Assembly (NCBI GenBank): GCA_001770205.1
Contig: MEQL01000038.1
Span: 62,001-105,313, forward strand
Direction of reading: 5' to 3'
Length of the DNA: 43,313 nucleotides
From: Bdellovibrionales bacterium RIFOXYD12_FULL_39_22
GTDB taxonomy: Bacteria > Bdellovibrionota > Bacteriovoracia > Bacteriovoracales > Bacteriovoracaceae
Both the position numbers and the translations under genes were made by a program. The notes beneath the pieces were generated by a model, which had not been told where the DNA came from, made no database searches, and saw nothing but the letters and a program-made list of their open reading frames with translations. This document shows positions 1 through 7,420 of the stretch, one piece after another; positions within the stretch are counted from its first letter, which is position 1, and each line of letters opens with the position of its first letter.

Positions 1-2
1 CT

Positions 3-155
3 TTTTGCTCGGTCTACAGCAGCTTTAGCTCACTCTCGGAAAATGAGAGTTTGTGGAGCGAGTATAATGCCGAGAGATTGCCAGAAACTAAAAATGATAT
101 ACAAGAGTTTTTAGAAAATGAATTCTTGGCGGAATACTTCAACGATAATTGCTAA
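3..155 (+). CDS. 3' end of an upstream gene (partial, about 50 codons), product unknown
   Basis: Frame 3 is open from the window edge (FCSVYSSFSSLSENESLWSEYNAERLPETKNDIQEFLENEFLAEYFNDNC) to TAA at 153-155. It is too short for the ORF track. Confidence 0.5.
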   Translation, partial: FCSVYSSFSSLSENESLWSEYNAERLPETKNDIQEFLENEFLAEYFNDNC

Positions 156-198
156 ACATCATCCCGATAATAGATATGACAAGAGAGGATCGTTTAAT

Positions 199-1443
199 AT
201 GATAAAAAATAGTTTGCTACTGCTTCTAATGTTTATAATTTCTCTGGCCGTGGCAGGGGATTTAAAGGCTCCTTTTAGTTTTTCTTCGGCCAGTATTTTG
301 CCTAAAGGGGTAAGAAACTTTAATTATAAGGGTGTCTTTATTTCGGGAACGGATAAATTTGATGATGGCGGTACGATAGTTCCTTTGGGTAGTGCTTTCT
401 CTAAAAATATTACTTATCAGACATTGATTGATTCAAAAAAATTGGCCTCAGATAAGGCGGCCATTGAGCAAACGATGGATGACTTATTAGCAAATGAGCA
501 GACGGTTTTAGCTCAGACACTCGGTGAAGTTAACGTAGTTGCTACGGCGTATGTCCCGGTATTGGCCTGGGGATTGTCATCAAAATTTACGTTGGCCTTG
601 GCAGTACCAATTGTAGAAACAGATTTTTCCGTATCTACTGGCAGTATTACTAATGACGACTATTATGCTTTTAAAGCGGCCATTCATCGCAAAGGTGCGC
701 TAAAGAGCGAAAGCGATCTTCAGGACAAAATAGAGAGGTCGCCTATTGAAAGCAAAATGGTAGATTACGGGTATAAGTCGCTGGCCGCAGAACATGAAAC
801 CTCCCTGGGTGATTTTAAGTTAATAGGGAAATATTTAGCAAAGAAAACAAAAAAATCTGCTTTGTTACTCCGGCCAGAAATTACTCTCCCAACGGGTAAA
901 GTAAAAGATCCAGATAAATTGATAGATGTGTCTAGCGGTGATGGGCAATTAGACTTGGGATTGGGACTGGCCTATGAGTTGCAAATAGGGAGCTATTTTT
1001 TTATCACCTCTAGTCTCGGTTATACAGCGCAACTTCCAGATAATGTTTCTATGCGAATTCCAGAAGTGGCCGATAGTTCGCTTTCTCCAGACAAAGATAC
1101 AAGGACTTATCGAAATTTGGGAGATATGTACATGGCCGAACTTAGTGCAAAAATGGTGCGGGCAGGAATAACTTTACAGGCCGGCTATGCTCTTCAATAC
1201 AAGGAGCATGATCACTTTGATGGGGAAAAGTTTGCTGCCTATCGCTATAACTGGGCAGAACAAAATACCAGACAAAATATGCAAACGGCCCAATTTTCTG
1301 TTGGGTATGACACCATTGCTCTTTTTAAAAGTAAAAAGTTTATTGCACCACTTGCTGCCTCTTTAAATCACACGATAGTGGTGGATGGAAAAAATGTAAC
1401 CAAAGATCCGCTGACCTCGTTTGATCTATCGCTTTTCTTTTAA
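199..1443 (+). CDS. Outer-membrane beta-barrel, putative SphA/Phenol_MetA_deg-like transporter
   Basis: ATG at 199 follows GAGG, a better start than 118. Signal peptide MIKNSLLLLLMFIISLAVA; LGD...LPTG...SGDG..D motifs typical of this barrel family; amphipathic strands; C-terminal Phe (FDLSLFF). Confidence 0.6.
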   Translation: MIKNSLLLLLMFIISLAVAGDLKAPFSFSSASILPKGVRNFNYKGVFISGTDKFDDGGTIVPLGSAFSKNITYQTLIDSKKLASDKAAIEQTMDDLLANEQTVLAQTLGEVNVVATAYVPVLAWGLSSKFTLALAVPIVETDFSVSTGSITNDDYYAFKAAIHRKGALKSESDLQDKIERSPIESKMVDYGYKSLAAEHETSLGDFKLIGKYLAKKTKKSALLLRPEITLPTGKVKDPDKLIDVSSGDGQLDLGLGLAYELQIGSYFFITSSLGYTAQLPDNVSMRIPEVADSSLSPDKDTRTYRNLGDMYMAELSAKMVRAGITLQAGYALQYKEHDHFDGEKFAAYRYNWAEQNTRQNMQTAQFSVGYDTIALFKSKKFIAPLAASLNHTIVVDGKNVTKDPLTSFDLSLFF

Positions 1444-1465
1444 TCAGACTTAAGTGAGGGAGAAT

Positions 1466-2620
1466 ATGAAAATATTAACAATGATTTTTTTGACAATGTT
1501 GCTTAGTTCTTGTGGAAGGGAGGCCCCGATTGCGCAGGCCTTTCCTAAAACCTTCGCGCGGATTGATGCTCTCTCGGAGAAGTTTAATTTTGATAATAAA
1601 ATCAAAGACGCCTCCGTGATTGTTTATCCCTGGCCGGAGGATCTGCAAAACTTTTTCTATAATCCTCAAGAACGTGGATTGCAAAGTGATTGGGCCACCG
1701 TTTTCCTCGGCGGTGGTGGACGACGGACGCCACTTATAATTAAGAAAGAAGATAATAATTATAAAAAAGCACATGATGTTGCTTTCTTGATTTATGCTGC
1801 CGGAGCATCGAAAGATTTAGCAAGCGAGGAGATTTTTAAGATAGAAAAAAAATTGGAACGATTAAATAACCAATTAGGGCCGCTGTTTAAAAAGCATATT
1901 TGTTACAATCCTCATAAAGTGGGTGCGAAGACACATTGTAAACGCAGTTATGATAACTACGAAAATTATGATAACGATGCCTCGCGGATGCAAGGCAATT
2001 TTAAAATAGCAACGTCTTGTGGAGAACTACGCGGCCTTATATTTTCTGACTATTCCGAAGAAGAAAATCAGCTTTTAAAAAATGATGTCGAGGAGTGTCG
2101 AAGAATTTTGGCAACTCAACAACAAGTACGAGATGAGGTGGCCCAACAACGGGAAGGCCCGACGAATACTAAGCGAGCGGTAAAAGGAATTGTGGTTGAT
2201 TTATTAAATTCGGCCTATCAGAACACGCTTGTGTTGTATGGTGAGGGAGCAGGCATTCCCTTTTTTCATCAAGTTTTAAGTACTGCTGATGAGACAGAGA
2301 ATATTTCAACACTAAAATTCAGCAGTGATTTTTCCTCCATCGAAGAGTTTAAGCTCTATGCAGATTTTTCTCTCAAAGGAGAATATGGCGGTATTCAGGA
2401 GTATGATCTAGTAAAAAATCCTACGCTGGTATTTTGGACTAATGATCTAGGCATTAAACTTATTAATTTTGAAATTGCAGATGACTTGGGATTTCGGCTT
2501 ATTGCTAAAGATATTGCATTATCTTTGCATCCGATTTTTGGGATGCGTTTGGTCGGAGATGTTTTTATTACCCACTACGATGGAGTGGAGAGAAAAGGGG
2601 TATTAAAGCTAGAGCTTTAA
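1466..2620 (+). CDS. Hypothetical lipoprotein
   Basis: ATG at 1466 after GAGGGAG; lipobox LLSS-C; 22 nt downstream of the barrel gene, so probably the same operon. Confidence 0.7.
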   Translation: MKILTMIFLTMLLSSCGREAPIAQAFPKTFARIDALSEKFNFDNKIKDASVIVYPWPEDLQNFFYNPQERGLQSDWATVFLGGGGRRTPLIIKKEDNNYKKAHDVAFLIYAAGASKDLASEEIFKIEKKLERLNNQLGPLFKKHICYNPHKVGAKTHCKRSYDNYENYDNDASRMQGNFKIATSCGELRGLIFSDYSEEENQLLKNDVEECRRILATQQQVRDEVAQQREGPTNTKRAVKGIVVDLLNSAYQNTLVLYGEGAGIPFFHQVLSTADETENISTLKFSSDFSSIEEFKLYADFSLKGEYGGIQEYDLVKNPTLVFWTNDLGIKLINFEIADDLGFRLIAKDIALSLHPIFGMRLVGDVFITHYDGVERKGVLKLEL

Positions 2621-2650
2621 ATTTAATAGAGAGTTGTACAATTCATACTT

Positions 2651-4204
2651 TTATGGTGCAGGTGGCGCCGATTCATTCTCTGCAAAAAGTTTTTCTTCTT
2701 TGAGCAGCGGAAAGGCGATGACATCACGGATGGAGGCGCTATTAGTTAGCAACATAACCAGGCGATCAATGCCAATACCCTCGCCTGCAGTTGGAGGCAT
2801 CCCATACTCCAGGGCACGAATAAAATCATAATCAACATCACAGGCCTCATCGTCGCCCAAAGTTTTCTGTATGGCCTGTTCAGCAAAGCGGCCTAGTTGA
2901 TCCGCGGGATCATTTAACTCCGAAAAGGCATTAGCTACTTCCCAGCCATTCATGAAAAATTCAAAACGATCAGTTATGGTTGGGTCTTTCTCATTACGTC
3001 TGGCCAGCGGAGAGATCTCGGTAGGATAGGCGGTAATAAAGGTAGGTTGAATCAGAGTATGTTCAACAAATTCTTCAAAACATTTTACCAATAATTTATC
3101 GGCAGAAAGGTTTTGTATATCTTTGAGATCTATTTCATTTTTTTCTAGAAGTTTTTTAATCAGAAGATCTTTATTTTTTGTTTCAGAAAGAGTGAGGCCA
3201 ATTTTTTCGCTGACGGCATCACGCATGGTAATGCGTTTATATGGGCGGGCCAGAGAAATATTTTTGTCACCATATTGAATGGATTCGGAGTGTAAAACAT
3301 CTCTAGCAATGCCGCCAATAAGTTCTTCTGTGAATTTTATTAAATCTTCATAGGTGGCATAGGCGCAATAAAACTCAATAGTGGTAAATTCAGGATTGTG
3401 TTTTATAGAGAGTCCTTCATTGCGAAAGCAGCGATTCATTTCAAAAACACGCGGATAACCTCCCACAATCAAGCGTTTGAGATGAAGCTCGGGGGCAATA
3501 CGCATAAAAAGATCCATATCTAAGGCATTGTGGTGGGTGTTAAAGGGGCGAGCGGCCGCTCCCCCAGCAATGCTATGTAACATGGGGGTTTCTACTTCCA
3601 TGTAATCATGGCCATAAAAAAATTGACGAATATAACGAACTATTTCCGAACGCATTTTAAGCGTTTTTCTGGTTTCATCATTAGTGATTAGATCAACATA
3701 GCGCATCCGATATTTTAGTTCTGCATCGGTTAGGCCATGAAACTTTTCAGGTAGTGGGCGAATGGCCTTGGTTAGAATATGAAATTTTGTGGCCGACAGT
3801 GAAAGTTCGCCCTTGTTAGTTTTGAAGGGGGTTCCTTCGGCATAGACGATATCGCCGTGATCAAGCAGTTTATATTCCGCAAAATCATCCGCGCTTAAAT
3901 GTTCTTGTTTGACGTAAAGTTGAAAATTATCGTGGCCGTCAAATATTTTTACAAAAGAGGCCTTGCCAAAATCGCGTACCATTAGTGCTCTGCCGGCCAT
4001 TTGGTAAGTGGTTTTTATTTCTGCCAATTCCTCCTTACTTTTGGGCCCATATAGTTCCTGCATTTTAGTGGCCGAAATATTCGGAGTAAAACCGTTTTTA
4101 TATGGATTTTGGGCCGCGGCCGCCATTTTGTTTTTTTTATCGATTCGGACTTTAATTTGTTCATTATATAAGTTTGTCCACTTATTGATATGGCCATCTT
4201 CCAT
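2651..4204 (-). CDS. lysS: Lysine--tRNA ligase, class II
   Basis: OB-fold anticodon domain, RMRYVDL, GGAAARPF, APELHLKRL, FRNEG...HNPEFT and YGMPPTAGEGIGIDRL motifs. Confidence 0.98.
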   Translation of the reverse strand: MEDGHINKWTNLYNEQIKVRIDKKNKMAAAAQNPYKNGFTPNISATKMQELYGPKSKEELAEIKTTYQMAGRALMVRDFGKASFVKIFDGHDNFQLYVKQEHLSADDFAEYKLLDHGDIVYAEGTPFKTNKGELSLSATKFHILTKAIRPLPEKFHGLTDAELKYRMRYVDLITNDETRKTLKMRSEIVRYIRQFFYGHDYMEVETPMLHSIAGGAAARPFNTHHNALDMDLFMRIAPELHLKRLIVGGYPRVFEMNRCFRNEGLSIKHNPEFTTIEFYCAYATYEDLIKFTEELIGGIARDVLHSESIQYGDKNISLARPYKRITMRDAVSEKIGLTLSETKNKDLLIKKLLEKNEIDLKDIQNLSADKLLVKCFEEFVEHTLIQPTFITAYPTEISPLARRNEKDPTITDRFEFFMNGWEVANAFSELNDPADQLGRFAEQAIQKTLGDDEACDVDYDFIRALEYGMPPTAGEGIGIDRLVMLLTNSASIRDVIAFPLLKEEKLFAENESAPPAP

Positions 4205-4346
4205 CTTAAAAATCCTTCTGTTTTAGTACAATAATATCAGGGGTAATATAGCTAAAATAAGCTAAAAGACAAGGAGGCGTCTTATAAAAATTGTATTTGA
4301 ATGGAGGGATGGCAATTAAGACGGCCTTGTGTTATAAAGCAATCCT

Positions 4347-4532
4347 ATGATTGGACTAATTTTTAGAGCATTTATCACTTATCTTCTTTTTTATATCGCC
4401 TGGACAATTGTGGCCGGCCTTTTTCGTAGCTACTGGCGGATAAAAGCGGCTGTCTCATCAACTAGGCCACAAGCGAAGCGGCCAAACGACAAAAATACGA
4501 TTGAGGCAGATTACCGGGTAATTTCTGATTGA
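4347..4532 (+). CDS. Small single-pass membrane protein (61 aa)
   Basis: N-terminal hydrophobic helix, basic linker, C-terminal TIEADYRVI motif; fills the gap between lysS and serC. Confidence 0.7.
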   Translation: MIGLIFRAFITYLLFYIAWTIVAGLFRSYWRIKAAVSSTRPQAKRPNDKNTIEADYRVISD

Positions 4533-4658
4533 ATTGTCATTTTCAAACTTTTTTGAATGTACTAACATCTTATTAATCAACTGATTGATGGGATTATTCA
4601 TTAATTGGTTAATTAATTAATAATTATAACCATTAACTTTTTTACAAAAGGGTGATTT

Positions 4659-5774
4659 ATGTTTGAAAAATTTAAAACTCCTGCCGAACTTATTCCTTCC
4701 GATCCACGTTTTGGTTGTGGCCCTTCTCTTGTACCGATGAAGTATGTTGAAAGCCTGGCCAAAACCGGCCCTCATTTAATTGGAACTAGTCATCGCAAGA
4801 AGGCCGTAAAAAAATTGGTTGAAGAGGTACAAACTGGTTTTGCTAAATATTTTAATATTCCTACAGGATATCAAGTTGTCTTAGGGAATGGTGGTGCCAC
4901 GTTGTTGTTTGATATGGTGGCCTTGGGATTAGTAAAAAAGAAAATTGCCCATTTCACCTGCGGAGAGTTTTCCAATAAATGGTATAAATCATCTAAGGCC
5001 GTGCCATGGATTTCGGCGCAAGAGATTTCAGTGGAAGTAGGAAATGGCATTTTAGTTAATGACGTTCCTGATGCGGATGTTATCTGTGGAACGTTGAATG
5101 AGACTTCTACCGGAGTACAATTACCAGAACTTCCGAAAGTTCATGAAGGAGCGCTTTTGGCAATTGATGCCACTAGTGGGGCCGGCCAGGTTAAATGTGA
5201 TGTTTCAAAATGTGATGTTTTTTTATTTTCACCACAAAAGGTTTTTGCGAGTGAAGGTGGCCTGTGGATTGCCATAATGTCACCAAAGGCCTTGGCCCGC
5301 GCCAAGGAGATTTACGAAGATAAGAGTCGCTACATTCCTGCCATATTGAGTTGGAAGGAGGCAATTTCTAACAGCGAAAAAAATCAAACTTATAATACTC
5401 CAGCAATCGCACCCATCTATTTTTTAAATGAGCAGTTAAAGGAAATGAATAAATTAGGGTATAGCAAAGTTTGTGAATTAGCAGAGGCCAAGGCCAAGTT
5501 ACTTTATTCTTGGGCAGAGGCAAAACCATATCTTTCTACTTACATCAAAGAAGATAAATTTCGTTCACGGGCGGTGGCCACTATCGATGTGGATGCAAAA
5601 TATAAAGTTGATGATTTGATCGCCGTGCTTGAAAAAGAAAAATCAGTTTATGGGATCGATGCTTATCGCAATTTGGGGAGAAATCAGTTTCGTATTGCCC
5701 TTTTTCATAACATAAAATATGAGGATTTAGAAAAGTTAACTAAACTTATATCTCTGGCAATTGAAAAGTATTAA
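4659..5774 (+). CDS. serC: Phosphoserine aminotransferase, actinobacterial-type
   Basis: DPRFGCGPS, GTSHR, GNGGAT, NETSTGV, IDATSGAG, PLP-lysine motif FSPQKVFAS, NQTYNTPAI, YRNLGRNQFRI. Confidence 0.92.
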   Translation: MFEKFKTPAELIPSDPRFGCGPSLVPMKYVESLAKTGPHLIGTSHRKKAVKKLVEEVQTGFAKYFNIPTGYQVVLGNGGATLLFDMVALGLVKKKIAHFTCGEFSNKWYKSSKAVPWISAQEISVEVGNGILVNDVPDADVICGTLNETSTGVQLPELPKVHEGALLAIDATSGAGQVKCDVSKCDVFLFSPQKVFASEGGLWIAIMSPKALARAKEIYEDKSRYIPAILSWKEAISNSEKNQTYNTPAIAPIYFLNEQLKEMNKLGYSKVCELAEAKAKLLYSWAEAKPYLSTYIKEDKFRSRAVATIDVDAKYKVDDLIAVLEKEKSVYGIDAYRNLGRNQFRIALFHNIKYEDLEKLTKLISLAIEKY

Positions 5775-5798
5775 TAGTGCTAAGAACGGAGGAGATGT

Positions 5799-5838
5799 CC
5801 AGGAACTAGTGTTTTTTATTCTTCACTTGAGTTCCTGG
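5799..5838. terminator. Hairpin between convergent serC and the 168-aa gene, probable bidirectional terminator
   Basis: CCAGGAACT-AGTG (5799-5811) pairs with CACT-tg-AGTTCCTGG (5824-5838). Confidence 0.6.
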
Positions 5839-6424
5839 CGTGGTTAAGGTTAGTTATATTACTATTTTTGCAAAACGGCTGTTTCGGTAATTTCAACGGT
5901 TGAATTTAACTCTTGGTCACAGAAATCGAATTCACCGCAACTTTTTTTTGCTAGTTCTTCATCAATAAACACCTGAGTAGCATTGATTTGGCGAGTAACG
6001 GTATACATTCCATCTTCGCGGTATTCTTTGGTTTTTACTTCATAGATGCCGGGAGCTTTTCTTGTTGCCGAAAGGAAGTCGATTGCCTGATCAGTTATTT
6101 GAAAGTTAATTGAAAAATTTGCCATTTCGGCATAATTGACATAACCCAAATATACTGTGTATCTGGGAGAAACATCAGTACTCATTGAGCTATCTTTAAC
6201 TACTACCTGTAATCTCTTCTGGGAATAGTCGCTAGTTTTATCGACTAAGCGAATTACTTTGTCGATGGCCGCAGGATTGATTGCCAATTTATTATTTGAA
6301 CTAATAGTCTCAGCACTGATTGTAAGTGATAAAGTTGTCGCAAGAATTGTGAACATTAATTTTTTCATAAAAGTATCTCCTTAGATATTGTCCAAAAACT
6401 GTTGTGTTTATTTTTCACTTGAGT
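5815..6424 (+). repeat. 18-bp near-perfect direct repeat pair flanking the 168-aa gene
   Basis: TTTATTCTTCACTTGAGT (5815-5832) and TTTATTTTTCACTTGAGT (6407-6424), one mismatch. Confidence 0.75.
5862..6368 (-). CDS. Secreted hypothetical protein (168 aa)
   Basis: AAGGAG ribosome-binding site; Sec signal peptide MKKLMFTILATTLSLTISA; a C-terminal Cys pair. Confidence 0.8.
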   Translation of the reverse strand: MKKLMFTILATTLSLTISAETISSNNKLAINPAAIDKVIRLVDKTSDYSQKRLQVVVKDSSMSTDVSPRYTVYLGYVNYAEMANFSINFQITDQAIDFLSATRKAPGIYEVKTKEYREDGMYTVTRQINATQVFIDEELAKKSCGEFDFCDQELNSTVEITETAVLQK

Positions 6425-6463
6425 GTTTGGCCCGTTTAATTGTTACTTGAATTTTACTGCAAT

Positions 6464-6474
6464 GGGGGGGGGGG
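6464..6474 (+). repeat. G11 homopolymer in a divergent promoter region
   Basis: Eleven consecutive G in a very AT-rich intergenic segment. Confidence 0.9.
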
Positions 6475-6626
6475 AACTAGGTAGATGAAAATATTATAGA
6501 AAATTATTTTTCACTGTCTAATATTTTGACAATCTGAAGTCAACTTGAATTCAACTTAAAAATACGCACGGAATACATATTACTTTTGGAGTAGTTATGG
6601 CCGGCGCAAAATTATTAAAACTTTAT

Positions 6627-6653
6627 TAAACTTTTCAAATAAAAGGTCGATAA
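6627..6653 (+). promoter_or_regulatory. Candidate sigma28 (FliA) promoter
   Basis: TAAA (6627-6630)-N15-GTCGATAA (6646-6653) against the consensus TAAA-N15-GCCGATAA; 45 nt upstream of ATG 6698. Confidence 0.7.
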
Positions 6654-6697
6654 AGAAGCAGTACGAGGATCATATTACTTAATTGGAAGTATAGATT

Positions 6698-7363
6698 ATG
6701 GCGGCACTAGAAGCAGATTTTGAATTTGAATATAGTCCAGAGGATGCGGACATAGATGTTGGCCTGATAGAAAAAGTAGATCCACCAGTCGCTAGTAAAG
6801 TGGAAAGGCCAGAAGTGGCCGTGGCAACTGATGCTTTAGATGCCATGAATGTTTCTGAAAGTAGTGATGTCAAAGAAGTAGTAACTCCGGTAGAAATGGA
6901 AGAAGTTGCGGCAGTAAAACCGCTAGTGCATCCGATAACGGGTGGGAACATTGCTGCGATCGGAAGTGCCAACAAGGTAAAAAAAGTTGTTTCAACACCA
7001 GCGGCATCTAGGCCTCAAATAAATCAAGTATCTCAGCCTTTGCCTATACGGCAAACGGTTGCGGCCACTTCAGGCCTACAATCACAATCACAATCACAAT
7101 CACAATCACAACAGCGGCCAAGGCCCACGGCCCAACGGCCAGCGACAAAGTCTGGCAGCGGTAGTGCAGATGTGGAGATGCAAATTAAATTAGCAGTAAT
7201 CGAGGCCAAGGCAGAAATTATGGCCATCTATTTTGCGGAAGCAAAATTATTGGAGTATCAAATCAATGAATTGTTGCGCCCGTTCATCGTTAATAGGCCA
7301 CTGGAGCGTCCGATTCGACGGATTGCTCATTTGCTTGCCGAACATGCGAAGTTGAAAAAGTAA
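6698..7363 (+). CDS. Hypothetical cytoplasmic protein: acidic N-terminus, low-complexity linker, helical C-terminus
   Basis: 221-aa ORF with no signal peptide; D/E-rich start, P/Q/S/A-rich middle, amphipathic C-terminal helices. Confidence 0.75.
   Translation: MAALEADFEFEYSPEDADIDVGLIEKVDPPVASKVERPEVAVATDALDAMNVSESSDVKEVVTPVEMEEVAAVKPLVHPITGGNIAAIGSANKVKKVVSTPAASRPQINQVSQPLPIRQTVAATSGLQSQSQSQSQSQQRPRPTAQRPATKSGSGSADVEMQIKLAVIEAKAEIMAIYFAEAKLLEYQINELLRPFIVNRPLERPIRRIAHLLAEHAKLKK
7079..7111 (+). repeat. (CAATCA)5 tandem hexamer encoding (QS)5
   Basis: Five perfect CAATCA units plus CAA, in frame. Confidence 0.95.
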
Positions 7364-7420
7364 TATTCAATTAGTTATTGTAGTTTGCTCACTGAAATTA
7401 GTGATGGTCTGGTGATAGTT

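Noticed and set aside
4590..4640. Imperfect AT-only palindrome upstream of serC
   Set aside because: Expected by chance at this AT content, with no evidence for a riboswitch or origin.
5775..5861. Possible integron attC site after the 168-aa gene (TAAC motifs plus a hairpin on the minus strand)
   Set aside because: No matching GTTRRRY end and no integrase; the hairpin is better explained as a terminator.
6548..6559. AATTCAACTTAA shared with 41669-41680
   Set aside because: A single 12-bp AT-rich match within 43 kb is plausible by chance.
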